NCBI GenBank assembly: GCA_000002445.1
Contig: CH464491.1
Coordinates: forward strand, 1,632,001 to 1,696,000
From: Trypanosoma brucei
Lineage: Eukaryota
Direction of reading: 5' to 3'
Length of the DNA stretch: 64,000 nt
Made by a program: the position numbers and the translations under genes. Below, piece by piece: positions 1 through 11,589 of the stretch. The notes under the pieces are model-generated. The model had not been told where the DNA came from, did no database searches, and worked only from the letters and a program-made list of their open reading frames with translations. Each line of letters starts with the position of its first letter. The stretch's first letter is position 1.

Positions 1-757
1 CAAGTCAGAAGGAAATAGTACAAAAAAAAAGGGATGTAAAGCTCGTGGGAGTCTGTGCACAGAGTGTGTTTTGAGAGTACCCAGTAGGATAAACTTGTGA
101 CTCTAATGAGTTGCGCGTAGAATTTCGGTGCGAGGACGAGAGCGCCGGGTTCTTATCTGCCCCGTTGAAGTTGTCCTTAGAGGTGCAGGTTTGGTCCCAA
201 AGCAACACGAAATGTGTGTGTTATGCGACAGAAGGTGCGCTGCGCAAGAGAAGAGAAGAGATGAGTGCCCTATTTTAATTTTTTTTACGGACGAGTATCG
301 GTGAGATGTACTTGCTGTCCAGTTTGTGCGACTCTAGTTAAGCCGTTGGGTTTAGAATGGGTAAATGGTGGCAAAGCAGTTGAAGTCCATCCATAATTGT
401 GAAAAGGTGGAGGTGCGCTCCATGTCGTGAATATTGAAGGGATCGCACGAGTAACAGAGTAAGTTAAATGCTAGTCGTAATGTTTTTCTTCGTTAACGTT
501 ACTACTTTGTACCGCTGGGTAAAGGGGGCAGATAGCCAATTAGCGGGGCTTGTATTTTCCGTGGCCACTACCGGATCTTCAACCTCTCTTTCACAACTCT
601 CCCGAACCATATATACAATCACACGTATCTTCAAACAATAATAACCCCATGACCAAACATATGAACAGTTAGCAAGGGTGAGTGGATATTTCTCTTTAGA
701 CACCGAACAGAAAGCAGGATACAAAAGGTCCGATAACAAAGAAAAAGGAAAAGAGAA

Positions 758-2173
758 ATGCCTGTGCTTCCGGAGTTCATCCCACTAGGGAAGCAAAAGG
801 AGATGTTCGCCGTCTCCTCATGGCGTGACTCCCCGCAAGCATCAACACCTGCGCTTTCAAACGTGGCAAATCAGCCAATGAGTCCCGCTCTACTGCCAGC
901 TGCTCAGTGCGAAAAGGATGTTGGACAACAGGGAAAGGGCCAACGTACACGAAAATCAAAAGGAAGGGGAAAGAACCAATCTTCACAGCGGCAACCTGAC
1001 GTGGAAGATTTCTTCGTCAACTTCGTTCTTCCACCTGGGATATCTTTTGCCAATATCAAGGAGGAACTGCAACTCTTTGCAACAACACCGCTGCACATAT
1101 ATGATGTTGGACCACCGCACACACTTTTGGTTAAGAAGAGCACAGGTGCAGTTGGTAATGCCGACGCGGATGTCAGCGCCGCATCCCAACAAGCCGATGG
1201 CACCGCCCCCCTCATCGACAAGGGCGTATCCAAGTGCGCTGCACATGAACAATCACCGATCCGAACACCAAACATCATGTGTGGTGTCACTGCAGACTGT
1301 AGCGGCGAGGTTGCGGGTGCAGCGATGCCTGGTATATCCCTTCCTCCATCCATCCCTGCAGAAACACTCTCAAAGGGTTATCTGATTTCACTTCTGTTCG
1401 CTGAAAGTAGCGAAGCAGAGAAGGTGAGCGAGTTACTCAAAAAGAAATGGCCGCAGTCCACAGTGACAATAGTTCCGCGTAACCGCTCGATGCTGAATGC
1501 ATCATTGGTTCTTAAGGGCCTCCCAAACCTTCCGAAAACGGAGGTTATTATTGAGGAACTTGATAAAATCATTCCACATAAGCCGTCATATATTCGCCTC
1601 CATCGTGGTGAGCGTGGGGTCTTCAAGAATGTGGTATTTATCAAGTACCCAAATCGAGAAATCGCTGAAGAGTGCAAGCTGCGGCTTGAGCGCCTCTACA
1701 TCGGATCGCGCCCGCTGAAGGTGGAATTTAAAAAGAAAGAAAAACCCGCTGCAGAAAAGGATGAGGGTATGACCTTACAGCAACTTGTTCGTGACCTACG
1801 CGTGAGCTCAGAGCATGAGGGTTTCAGATATCAGCGCAGTGATCTCAGCAAAGAAGACCTCAAAGTGCTCAAGCAACTCTGCAACTCTTATGGCCTTTCT
1901 TTCGATCTTGACGACCGCACCGTAACGGTGCGCCGTATTCTCCCATTGAGCGGGCGTCCCTCCCCAGCAATGCGTCCCGCTGCTGCCAATGGCTGTGCCT
2001 CCCACACGTTGACTGCAACAATGCCAACACCGGGAACACTGCAGCCGATGGATTTTCGGGGTATTCGCCATTGGCGGGAACTGAACAGCCAACAAGTTTC
2101 ACTGGGCATTGCACGACCGAAGGAGCCTGGTTCGGTACAACCTTTCGCTCCGGGTCGTGGTCGCCCCTTGTGA
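758..2173 (+). CDS. RRM-like RNA-binding protein (hypothetical)
   Basis: 471-aa ATG-start ORF. Central segment LVLKGLP ... RGVFKNVVFIKY ... IGSRPLKVEF matches RNP2/RNP1 spacing of an RNA-recognition motif; basic N-terminal region. A second degenerate RRM-like segment may lie upstream (FVNFVLPPGISFANIKEEL). Confidence 0.6.
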   Translation: MPVLPEFIPLGKQKEMFAVSSWRDSPQASTPALSNVANQPMSPALLPAAQCEKDVGQQGKGQRTRKSKGRGKNQSSQRQPDVEDFFVNFVLPPGISFANIKEELQLFATTPLHIYDVGPPHTLLVKKSTGAVGNADADVSAASQQADGTAPLIDKGVSKCAAHEQSPIRTPNIMCGVTADCSGEVAGAAMPGISLPPSIPAETLSKGYLISLLFAESSEAEKVSELLKKKWPQSTVTIVPRNRSMLNASLVLKGLPNLPKTEVIIEELDKIIPHKPSYIRLHRGERGVFKNVVFIKYPNREIAEECKLRLERLYIGSRPLKVEFKKKEKPAAEKDEGMTLQQLVRDLRVSSEHEGFRYQRSDLSKEDLKVLKQLCNSYGLSFDLDDRTVTVRRILPLSGRPSPAMRPAAANGCASHTLTATMPTPGTLQPMDFRGIRHWRELNSQQVSLGIARPKEPGSVQPFAPGRGRPL

Positions 2174-3330
2174 TTAATATAGTGACCCCACTTTAGTTGC
2201 AAGAAAAGTGGATGAAGAGAGGGGGTGTGGGAGCGAAGAGATGTGAAATTTGGAAAGTGAAGCAGATGTGGGGAGAAGTGTGGAGTGAAAAGATGGTGGT
2301 TCTGGAATGCTGCGCGAGGTCAACCTGACGAGTGTCCAGAGACCACCAGCAGGTCAAAGTAGACACTTAAAGAGGGACGAGTGAAACCAACGGCAACAAC
2401 GAGGTGATGGTGATATGGTGAAGGGAACCAACAAAAAGGGAACATAAAATAAAAGGAAAGAAGTAAAGGGTCAAAGGTCAGCAATCAACAGGTGAAGAAC
2501 TGTGAGAAAACGAGAAAATGAGTATTAAAGTAGGTAAGGGAAATGAAACAATAAACGTGCGTGTAAAGTGAAAACGCATTTCTTTTGCATTTCATTTGCA
2601 CATGCATTTATTGTAACATGTGTGTGCTAGGTTATTCTAACCGTCCCCAAAAAGTAGGAACACACCGCTCTTGGTCATAGATACATCTGACCGAAACCAC
2701 TGAAGTGCATCAGAGGTATCGTGAATGTACTGACCGTAGTGGTAGTGGGCCCACCAGCTATGAATCAGGTTGGTTTACTTGGTGGAGAAGGAGACAAAAT
2801 AAACGAGGGTGATGGAAGTATAACAAAACGTTGAATCGAAGGTGGGACACCGAGCCTTTTATCCTTCTCAGTTTCTCCACTGAACAATTTTTTTTTTTTT
2901 GATCCCCCTCTTTCCCTTATTATTTTGCTTGAGTTGATTTAATTCCCCTTTGAGAAGTGCTCTTTTGAGTACCATTCGTGTACACTCGGTGCCTCTTGTG
3001 ATTATTGCGCGTTTCACATCACTTCCACCACCCTCCCACACAAATTCTCTGTCTGTGGTGACTTTCTTTGTCTGTTATTTATGTTTTTGTTTTGTTTTGT
3101 TTTTGTTTCTTTTTCTGTTGTTTAAACCTTTTTTTTAGCTATTGGAAGGGACGGAAGGCTGCCGTCATTTTTCAATGGTTCTACAAGTTTTTGTGCCAAC
3201 GGTTGCCTGTTGCGGCGTCGATCACCGGTTACAATCACAACGGGGGATCTTTAGGGAGAACGTGTTATCCCTAGACTGGTGTGTGATTGCCATTTGTTTT
3301 GTTACAAGTGATTCTTATGATGTGTGATTT

Positions 3331-3391
3331 TCTTCCTCCTCACTGCCTTCCTTTTTTTTTTTCTTCCCTCTTCCTCCCCTCTTCCTTTGAG
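3331..3391 (+). promoter_or_regulatory. Strong polypyrimidine tract + AG in a gene-free interval (candidate trans-splice/polyadenylation-directing signal)
   Basis: tcttcctcctcactgccttccttttttttttttcttccctcttcctcccctcttcctttgAG. Further T-rich tracts at 2860-2930 and 3061-3137. The nearest downstream CDS start is 2.2 kb away. Confidence 0.4.
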
Positions 3392-4913
3392 GTTCACTTC
3401 ATGAAGGAAATAATAACCTTAAGGGAATTTAATTGGGGATGGATAGTCTTCCATGATAATGTGCACCGTGCGCATGCACACACACTTAGCGTCTTGACCA
3501 TTTAAGCTGCCGCAGCGTTAAGGTGAACAGTGGTTTGCTCAACCAGTTGTGAAACCCAGGGTAGTTAATAGAAACCTACTGGGCACTCACCGCAGCTCAT
3601 ACGTCCCAACTCCGCCCCATCATGCGAGTTAATGATAGGAACGAAGAGATGCGTTAAATGTGACTCTTAGGGAACCACCATGTACCTACACACTGGAGAT
3701 GTTAAAGCAGTGTAAAGATTACTGGAAGAAGGTGACATATTTGAATGAATAGAACCTCTCCATTCAATCGGGAAACAGGCTATTTGTTTCCGTTTGGCAC
3801 ATCTGACGCACCATCCGTACGGAGCGGCAAGCGGTTGCAAGGAAGGTGACGGCGAGAAAAGGGAAAAAGGATAACTACATATGCTTTCGTTTGCGGCAGG
3901 CTCAGCGATCGGCATAGGGAGTCGCGTTGATTGGGAGATGTTATAACCAACCAATTGTTGAAGGGGCAAAAAAAAATTTCCGGTGGACCGAGCTCCGGTG
4001 TAAAAATAGGAAAAAATCCAGCTACCTCATTGCTCTCCCTCCCAACGTACTCGCATATATGAGTGTGAGGAAGGGGAGATGCGATTGTCGGCGTAATCCT
4101 GCTCATATTTGACGGGCACATTATTTGTGTACCGCGGTATGAATCAAATAGCAACCCAGTAGTGGTGCGTCTGAGGCAGTCCCACAAGCTAAGGGCTAAG
4201 CCGCTGTTGCAACTTTAAAGTAGCACCGACGTCACGGTGTTTGTTGTAGAATGTGAAAACAAACCGCGGCTGCAATAAATCCCTCTGTTAGATTGCATGA
4301 TCCATATTGTCAATCCCATTAAATATTAAAACCCCTGATTTTCTACAATTTGGGGCACATGCTTCAGGCTTCCAACGCCATATGTGTCGTAGGCAGCGTG
4401 AGGCTGTGACATATATACGCAGTATCTCACACAAAGTATTTCCACACTGTTAGAAGATTCCGCAAAGGACATAGTTCCGTTTGGAGGGCTAACGCCGCTA
4501 ATTATTGTGTTTTGCTGACGGAAGGATCTCCGCGCGTCCCTGTTTGTTTCCTCAACTCTTACAAATCAAGCGGGTGGGACTGTCCAGAAGAGAATGATAC
4601 TTTTACGTGACGATGTATGAGGTAAGTTTCTAGCGAAGTGTCACATCTTTGGAGTAATGCCACTGGTTTAATACTGACGTTTTGTCGCGCCGGCATCACC
4701 AATTTTTGACTTGTCTCTGCGGCGGCAGTTTTCTTTATCGTGTGTGTGTGTGTTGGGGGCGGGGGAGGCGTCAGAGGGAATGCTGTGACCAAACCGTATA
4801 CCAGCGAAGGAGGAAACAGACAGAGGGGTAGCGTAACCGTATGGTATACAAGTAATCGGTGTGGTATACAAATGTTGAGAGAGTACCATGGACGGTGCTG
4901 AATGAAGCCGCTT

Positions 4914-4926
4914 CCCCCCCCCCCCC
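4914..4926 (+). repeat. C13 homopolymer tract
   Basis: cttcccccccccccccagtc read directly; the (TG)7 + G-rich block at 4741-4770 lies 150 bp upstream. Confidence 0.85.
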
Positions 4927-5568
4927 AGTCATCTCCCGTTATCCATCTCGTTTTCGTTCCCTTTAACGACTGGTAACGCAAGGGTTTCTTCTCGTGGTCA
5001 TCTCTAAAATGGGATCGACGTTAAACTTCTCCTTCACTTCCATTCCTCATATGTCAGAGTGCTCAAGCAAAGCGCAAATATTTTTGCCTGCTTGTTTATG
5101 TTAGTACTCGGGATGTTGTGGGCTTGCGATACACTTTTCGTTAGAGGAAGAAGGCAAGCGAACAATTGGGATTAATCGCTGCTGTTTTTTTTTTAAATAG
5201 GCTGGTAAAATCTCCCAATATTCATGCAATTGCTCGTCTTATTGAACATCTGTACGGGTTTTACTTCAATTCGTGAAGCTGAGAACTGTTTTTCGTATCC
5301 TTTTCGCGCGGGGGCGTGTCATGGTCTAGTGAGCACTCATCAGGTGGTCATTTTATATTTGTATACCCAGCGCTTTTCAATGTGGTTTCTTGGGAAAAAA
5401 AACTTTTTTTTGTGAGCACTCATGCTGGTTAGCAGTTTGGGAGAATGTCCTTAACCTTGCATTGCAGGTTCCTCTGCTCCTTACTATTGGTCCTCGTTGA
5501 CCACTCAAATGGAAATTTAAAACCTTCTACTTTTGCATTTCGTTTCCTACCAATTTAGTGGCACAAAC

Positions 5569-6597
5569 ATGTGTGGGAAGGATTCATCACATGACTACAG
5601 TACACTTGTAACCGCCCTTTCACGAACAATGGTTTTCAAGCAGGACTCACACCCACGTTACGAGGGTCCTGTAGCACTGAAAGTGGCAGCAAAATCGGGG
5701 TCAGATGATCGAGGTATGCACCCGTCACTACACGAAGCGGGTGTCTACAAGCTGATATGCCCACATCCTTCTATTCCTGATTACGTTGATTGCGTGGAAG
5801 ATTGGTTCGACACGGAGCGCTTTCTAGCTGAGGAGGAGCGCCGTGGGGAGCAGCGTTTGCCTGTTCTCGTCACACAGTTTATCAAGGCAGTTGCACTTGA
5901 CCGCTTTCTTTGTTCTGTACGCGTAATTCGGTGGTCCGTGGTCATTCACATCGCTAACCAGCTCGTTGAGGTACTTAAGCACATAAACAGCAAGGGCGTT
6001 GTATATCGTGACCTCAAGCTACCCAACGTAATAATTGGAGCAGGGGGTAACGTATGGCTCGTGGACTACGCGAGTTCAATGATTGTTGGGGGTGAAGAAC
6101 CATCAAGTGGTGTAACGTCTCACATGCGTCCGCCAGAATCGTTCGAGTTCCCGGATCACCAAAGTGGGGAACAAATATCGCAAGCTCAGCTCTCTTTCAT
6201 GGCGGACTTTTGGGTGTTCGGCGCGTTTCTACTGGAAATACTCTCTGGTCGTCCATACCTTGGGTCCTTCGACGTGCGGAGTAGTCATCTAACGCAGAGT
6301 CAACTGGAGGAAAAGGTGTTGGAAGGTGTTTCCGTGATTAAGGATCGTTACAAGGGTGCATACTACAACAGACGGTTTAATAAGAGTTTTCCATGCAACG
6401 CAAAGACTTTATGGGATGCGCTTACGGGGTTGCTTATTAAATTGCTGCGGCGTAATCCGAAGGAGAGGTTAGGCCATGATGGCGGTTGGTATGCCGTCAA
6501 GCAGCAACCATTCTTCAAATATACTCTCTGTGACCTCACCGTACCGTTTCCATTGGATTATGAAGATGAAATTGAAGAGCTTATGGCCGGTTTTTAG
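5569..6597 (+). CDS. Protein kinase-like protein, probable pseudokinase
   Basis: Track ORF 5533..6597 starts with TTG; first in-frame ATG is at 5569. VALKV (VAIK-like), YRDLKLPN in place of HRDLKPxN, DYA in place of DFG, PPE for APE and DFWVFGAFLLEILSG (subdomain IX) give kinase fold order with catalytic His and the DFG Phe substituted. Confidence 0.55.
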   Translation: MCGKDSSHDYSTLVTALSRTMVFKQDSHPRYEGPVALKVAAKSGSDDRGMHPSLHEAGVYKLICPHPSIPDYVDCVEDWFDTERFLAEEERRGEQRLPVLVTQFIKAVALDRFLCSVRVIRWSVVIHIANQLVEVLKHINSKGVVYRDLKLPNVIIGAGGNVWLVDYASSMIVGGEEPSSGVTSHMRPPESFEFPDHQSGEQISQAQLSFMADFWVFGAFLLEILSGRPYLGSFDVRSSHLTQSQLEEKVLEGVSVIKDRYKGAYYNRRFNKSFPCNAKTLWDALTGLLIKLLRRNPKERLGHDGGWYAVKQQPFFKYTLCDLTVPFPLDYEDEIEELMAGF

Positions 6598-9180
6598 CTT
6601 TTGCTCCCCCTTCAGCTGCCCCGCCACCTCCTCCCCATCCCTAAACTATCTGTGGAAACCGATCTTCCTGAATGTTTATGGTATGAGTAGTAGCTTCTAG
6701 GAAGCGTCAGTTTATTTTTGAGTCATCTAACCTTTTTTTTACTTTTTTTTTTGAATGGTTTTCAAACCAGTGCCCGGCATTTTTTTTTTAAATCTGAGTT
6801 TGCAACTTCAACCGTCGTTGGTCCATTAATCGGGCATTGTTACTCGCTTCATCAACCTGTCTTGTCTCCCTGCTACTGAAGAGGATGGAGATGTTTTTCT
6901 GCTATCATTGACAGCTGTCAGAAAAAAAGAGAAAAAAGCAGCTCCCGTACTTGAATACGGTAGCATCGTCTATATAACTGCGTCGTGGTTAACGTAGGTG
7001 CGTAATATTCGTTTTTGTATAACTTTGCGTCTCTGTATGTTTGTTATCGTTGTTGATCGGTGTGTTCTTTTTCTAAGTTCCTGATCCGTGTATAGTTTCC
7101 TACTACTTTCGTTGTTGATTTCACTTGGATTTGCTCGGCGCCCCGCTTATTCAAATGTTCGCTCTGCTTCATCGTAAGTGCTGCCAAAAAGGAATAGGGG
7201 AAAAACCGAAAGGGACGCGCACAGATCGCTGTGGTCAAGCGGCTTTTGTACAAATCTGCAGCACCGCGCGCAACCCGCGGTGTTCACCGTAACATGTCCA
7301 AAAGGCTCTAAAGGGAATTGGATAAACTTTAAGCGGTTTGTTGTGATCGCACCTTTTATAACTATCGTTCAAATCGCTTTAATATGCACAATTTGTCTCC
7401 CTTATAAAAATGCAAGTGCGAACGCCGTACAAGCTACCCTAATATTTCGCCGTAGTTGCCCTCGTTTATAAACGAGTGGGTGGTAAGCTCAAATGTTTTT
7501 TTTCTTAATTACCACTTTCTCATAGTTTGTGTACACGGGTAAGGTTGAGCTTTTGTCATCCGATATTCTTTACCACTATGGGGTTGGGTGATTGGTTTGG
7601 AGGATCCAATGAACTGCGTACCCGAAACTCCTGGGAAAAAGACATTTAAGGAGCATGTTGTATTTCGCGTAGTAAGCTGTGGTGGACAGATTGCTTTCTT
7701 TAACGCGATGCAGTGGTATTTGCCGCCCTGTTTATGTGCTCGAGATGCAATTCCTGAGACGTGATCGCACCGATGTCAAGGTGGTGTTGCTACTCACAAT
7801 GACACACATGATCTTTCCCCCACAAGTTAAAATAAAAAAAAGAGGAAATACCAGTCTGAGCATTACAAGGTCGGTTGAGACTACATTCACAACTGTGATG
7901 TGTTTAACGATGTGTTCGCCGCAACGAAGTATTTGGAAACGGATAATATTTAATCTGCTACCGACGTTCGCGACTACAGCAAATTAAGGCTGCGGAATAG
8001 GAGGGAAAAATCAGGGGTACCCTAATCAGTGAGCAGGGACGCAACCACGTGGTTTTCGCGTAGGATACGTCAAATGTTGTGTTGCATTTATGAGTAGCTG
8101 CGGAAACAGTGCGTGGATTACCAAGATAAAAAGCTTCCTCATAAGTTTGCAGAAAGACCAACGACGCGTGGGCTCTATAAAACTCTAGTGAGTGCCTTTA
8201 TTATTATTATTATTTTCGCATGACATTGCGGAGGGTTGTATGTATTTTGTTGTTGACAAAGTTTTTCAGGTTCGTAGTAAACAAATGCGAGCATAACCAA
8301 CTCGAGGATGCGGTCAGCGAGGCAGTGTATCTGATAGATTGCGAAATCATGTTTTTTTTTACCGTTGCCGACAAAAATTTGTTTTATTGGCTTGTTATCG
8401 TCACGCTTTGGTGTTCGCCGTTCGTTTACTCCAACGTGCCTCGCCGTGCCGCTTTTGCCTTCTGTTAGGGACATCTGCCTATCACTTCTACACTAGATTT
8501 CGATACGGAGTTGAGGGAACCCGAATGTACGCCTTCTTTTGGACAAGGAGGAACTCCGAACTCTTAACGCGCTTGCGCCTCATTGTACCCTTATCTCAAA
8601 GATTGGTCCTGCGTTAGGTATTCAGTGTGTATATTTGACCCTGCTGTGTCTCCTGGGGACGGTGATAGCAAATAAAAGAGAAGGAAGAGGTGTACTATCG
8701 TGTGTTTATGGTATAGGGAACACATTTTCCGTCTTACGCGTGCCCTCGTTTTCCACTATATTTGTCTCTTTAATCGGAAAACGTTCGCTACCAACGCCCG
8801 CAGTTCACCCTTGTTGCACACGTTAGTGTCGTGTATTTTATTGCTTTGCTGAATTTCATGCATAACAATGGCAGCGGTGGCAATAGTTTCAGGTGAAGGG
8901 TGTCAGATGTAGGTTGTCGTGTAATGCGTTAACTCGTCCACGTACCCTCTTCAATGCACTCCGTCCTTTCCTTTTAGCTGGTGGCAACTTATTCTTTATT
9001 TAAGAAGTGCAGCAGCAAAATATATAAAAAAAAAAAGCAGGCAACCAAATAAGTGGCACACCACTCAGCTGAACACCGTGAGTGGCAAGCGAGTGTGTAG
9101 ATCAAAACAAAAATATTGTCCTTGAATAACCTAAGGCAAAGGGTAAGTGTTTGACAAGGCACTACCGGATTGTTTGTTCC

Positions 9181-9201
9181 GTTATTTTCCTTTTGCCGTA
9201 G
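9181..9201 (+). promoter_or_regulatory. Polypyrimidine tract + AG: candidate trans-splice acceptor for the PHD-GNAT gene
   Basis: gttattttccttttgccgtag immediately upstream of the ATG at 9208. A second stronger tract (cctcttcaatgcactccgtcctttccttttag) at about 8945-8977 is an alternative acceptor. Confidence 0.4.
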
Positions 9202-9207
9202 TCTGCA

Positions 9208-10500
9208 ATGAGCACATCCCTCACGTCGTCCTCAACTAACGCAGTGGGGAGGGGTCGAAGGGTCACGCGTTCCCTTGTAGGTGCAAACACTACGGGAGGT
9301 GGGGTCCTACGTTGTGTATGCACTGCGTACCTCGTCTCAGTACAGGAAACACTTCTGGAATGTTGCCGATGCAGGAATTGGTGTCATCCGGCGTGCGTAG
9401 GTGTCGACCATGCGGAACTGCGGCGCTACTACACTGATAATAACTATGTTTGTCCTTTTTGTAGGGGTATGCAGAAGCGAGAACGTGGTGAAAGTCGTGC
9501 CCCAGCACCACGGCAAACACCACTGCGGCTTCGGGAGGTTCCTGATCGAGCACCCTTTGGTTTCGTGACGCAACTGCGCAACCTATTGAAAGTAACAACG
9601 CGGGCGGCACAACAGGCGGGTTATACAATTATTGACCTTCCCTCCACACCACTGACGGAGGTGATGGAGCGACAATGCCTAGAATGTTGCGCTGAGGCAA
9701 TAAAAGAGGCGACATTCTCGGAGCAATACCCGTTGTACTGCCTGAAGGAAGTTTGGACGCGCGCGCATCCATATATGCAGGGTACGTTACTCCGCTGCAG
9801 CGAATCTGGTCGGATTGTATCGATGGTTCTTTCCAACGGTATGGACGTGTATGGAAACCTTCGACCAACAATAACACAGTTGAAAAGCGGTATTAACCGC
9901 GGAATTATTGATAGAAAGCATCAGACAGCATTTATGGCGGCATGCACGAAACTGGATGATGTCTCCGACTTTGTACACATTACATTGAGCGCAACGCACA
10001 AAGATTATCAGCGGAGGGGACTTGCGCGCATGTTGATGGCGCTTGACCTACTCAAATGGGCGCTGAGAGGTCGTACGCGGGCTTACCTTAACATGGCGTT
10101 GGAAAAGAAAGTTGTGGATGGGGGGGCTCGATTGGAGTGTGTAGCTTCACCCTCCTCTCGGCGGCTATATGAATCATTTGGGTTTAGGGATGTGTATCCG
10201 CGGTTCGATCGGGAAACGGATGAACAGCGCTGGACACCAAAAGAGGCGGATATGGGCCGCGTCATGGCACACCTCAACTTTGTTGAAGATCTCGTAATCA
10301 TAGCATCACGGTACGACCCTAGTGGCAAGAAAGCAGCTGCCCCTAATCAATCGTCGATTGCTAACGACGGAAGTGCTTCGGTGGCGACGGCGGCCGACTG
10401 CGCTGAACGTGTGGCCGCCAATAGTAACAACGGCCAGGCAGCAACACAAGCACAAACGCCCGCAGGGAGACGTCTTTCTCTGTTTGGGAAGAAATCGTAA
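9208..10500 (+). CDS. PHD zinc-finger + GNAT N-acetyltransferase fusion protein
   Basis: ATG start. C4HC3 PHD pattern CVC-x14-CCRC-x4-H-x2-C(WCHPAC)-x19-CPFC near the N-terminus. C-terminal GNAT motif A YQRRGLARMLM and motif B SSRRLYESFGF. Acidic and Ala/Ser-rich tail. Confidence 0.65.
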   Translation: MSTSLTSSSTNAVGRGRRVTRSLVGANTTGGGVLRCVCTAYLVSVQETLLECCRCRNWCHPACVGVDHAELRRYYTDNNYVCPFCRGMQKRERGESRAPAPRQTPLRLREVPDRAPFGFVTQLRNLLKVTTRAAQQAGYTIIDLPSTPLTEVMERQCLECCAEAIKEATFSEQYPLYCLKEVWTRAHPYMQGTLLRCSESGRIVSMVLSNGMDVYGNLRPTITQLKSGINRGIIDRKHQTAFMAACTKLDDVSDFVHITLSATHKDYQRRGLARMLMALDLLKWALRGRTRAYLNMALEKKVVDGGARLECVASPSSRRLYESFGFRDVYPRFDRETDEQRWTPKEADMGRVMAHLNFVEDLVIIASRYDPSGKKAAAPNQSSIANDGSASVATAADCAERVAANSNNGQAATQAQTPAGRRLSLFGKKS

Positions 10501-11589
10501 TGGCCTGTTGTGCATTACCTTATTTTTCATGGGTGTTTTTCCTCCCCAGTGGTACTTCCATTTTTCATGCCTCAACCTTACCTCACCTGTAGGGTGTTTC
10601 TTGCAACTTTCATTGGAGAAAACCCACCGAAGAGAAGGGAAGCCACATAGAAGGAGGAGGAGATAAATTGAATGTTTGTTAAAACGTTTAATCTACCGCA
10701 ACCGGTGCAATACGTGGTTGAATGCATCGATGAGACGGGCCGCAGCCGCGTGCACCGCGGGAGTGGTCTTCAGTGTTTAGGAGTATTGTTTTTACGTGTG
10801 TGTAGCGGTGGTAGTCCCTTCCTTGACGGTACAAACGTTGGTTAACGTCAAGTGAGCGTTGATGAAGGCAGAGGAGCCTGTATTAGTATACATATTTTTA
10901 TATATATATTTATACGCTTCATACCGTAGACAAAGGGGCACAAGAGAAAGAGGGTTCAGCGCTACCTATGAATATTCCTTTCTGTAACTGCTTTATTTGC
11001 TTTCCTCAACTCCACATCCCCTCTCTGTACGCGTAATTTACCGAGTACTTAATAATTTTTATGTGAGTTTATTGTGGGGACAAATTGGCAAAACCAAGGT
11101 TGCAGGGGAAAGGGTAAAGAAGTTCAAGGGTTTCCTCAAAACGCACATGTGCTTTCACGTGTTTCTTTCCTGCTCAAGGGGTGACAGCGCCAGCAGTCAA
11201 GGTGAAAAAGAAGAATTGGGGGAGAAAGGAAAAATAAAGGACAAGGGTGCCCTTCTCGGTCAATTTGTTACCTCACAATGGCGTGTAAGTGACGATCTTC
11301 CTGTGTCTTTTCGTTTCTCAATCTCATCTCCGTGTGAAATCGTATTCCGCCTCTTTTTCTTCTCCTCTGAAGGCACGTCAGGCGCAAGGTGGGCACGTGA
11401 GCCGCGTCGGCACTCAGCGTGAGAAATTTGGTGTTTGCAAAGGAGGTACCAACAGACAGTTGAGATAGAATCTGCGGCTTCGAACTAAAGGATTCAACGT
11501 GTTGAAAGAGGTTGAGTGGCAGATACAAATATAGGATATCAGGGAAGGTGTCATAAGACTAAATACGAATAATAACAATTACACCAATA

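Noticed and set aside
777-1385. Multiple 70-155-aa ORFs overlapping annotated CDS on the opposite strand or in other frames (for example 904..1353 and 918..1385), with similar ones across the window (11931..12221, 24609..25136, 30047..30373, 55804..56352)
   Set aside because: They lie embedded in longer, motif-supported ORFs. Overlapping antisense genes are not expected in trypanosomatids, and these are typical of GC-balanced coding DNA.
2560-2640. Short internal repeats (gcatttc / ttgcatttcatttgcacatgcattta) suggestive of a small structured RNA
   Set aside because: Too short and degenerate to call. No C/D or H/ACA box arrangement could be confirmed by eye.
5533-5568. ORF-track start codons at 5533, 15913, 19040, 41130, 43571, 46147, 48694, 59209, 61055 and 61974 are TTG or GTG
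   Set aside because: The track uses a bacterial start-codon set. Trypanosomatid nuclear genes initiate at ATG, so these starts were moved to the first in-frame ATG. True starts remain uncertain without SL-site data.
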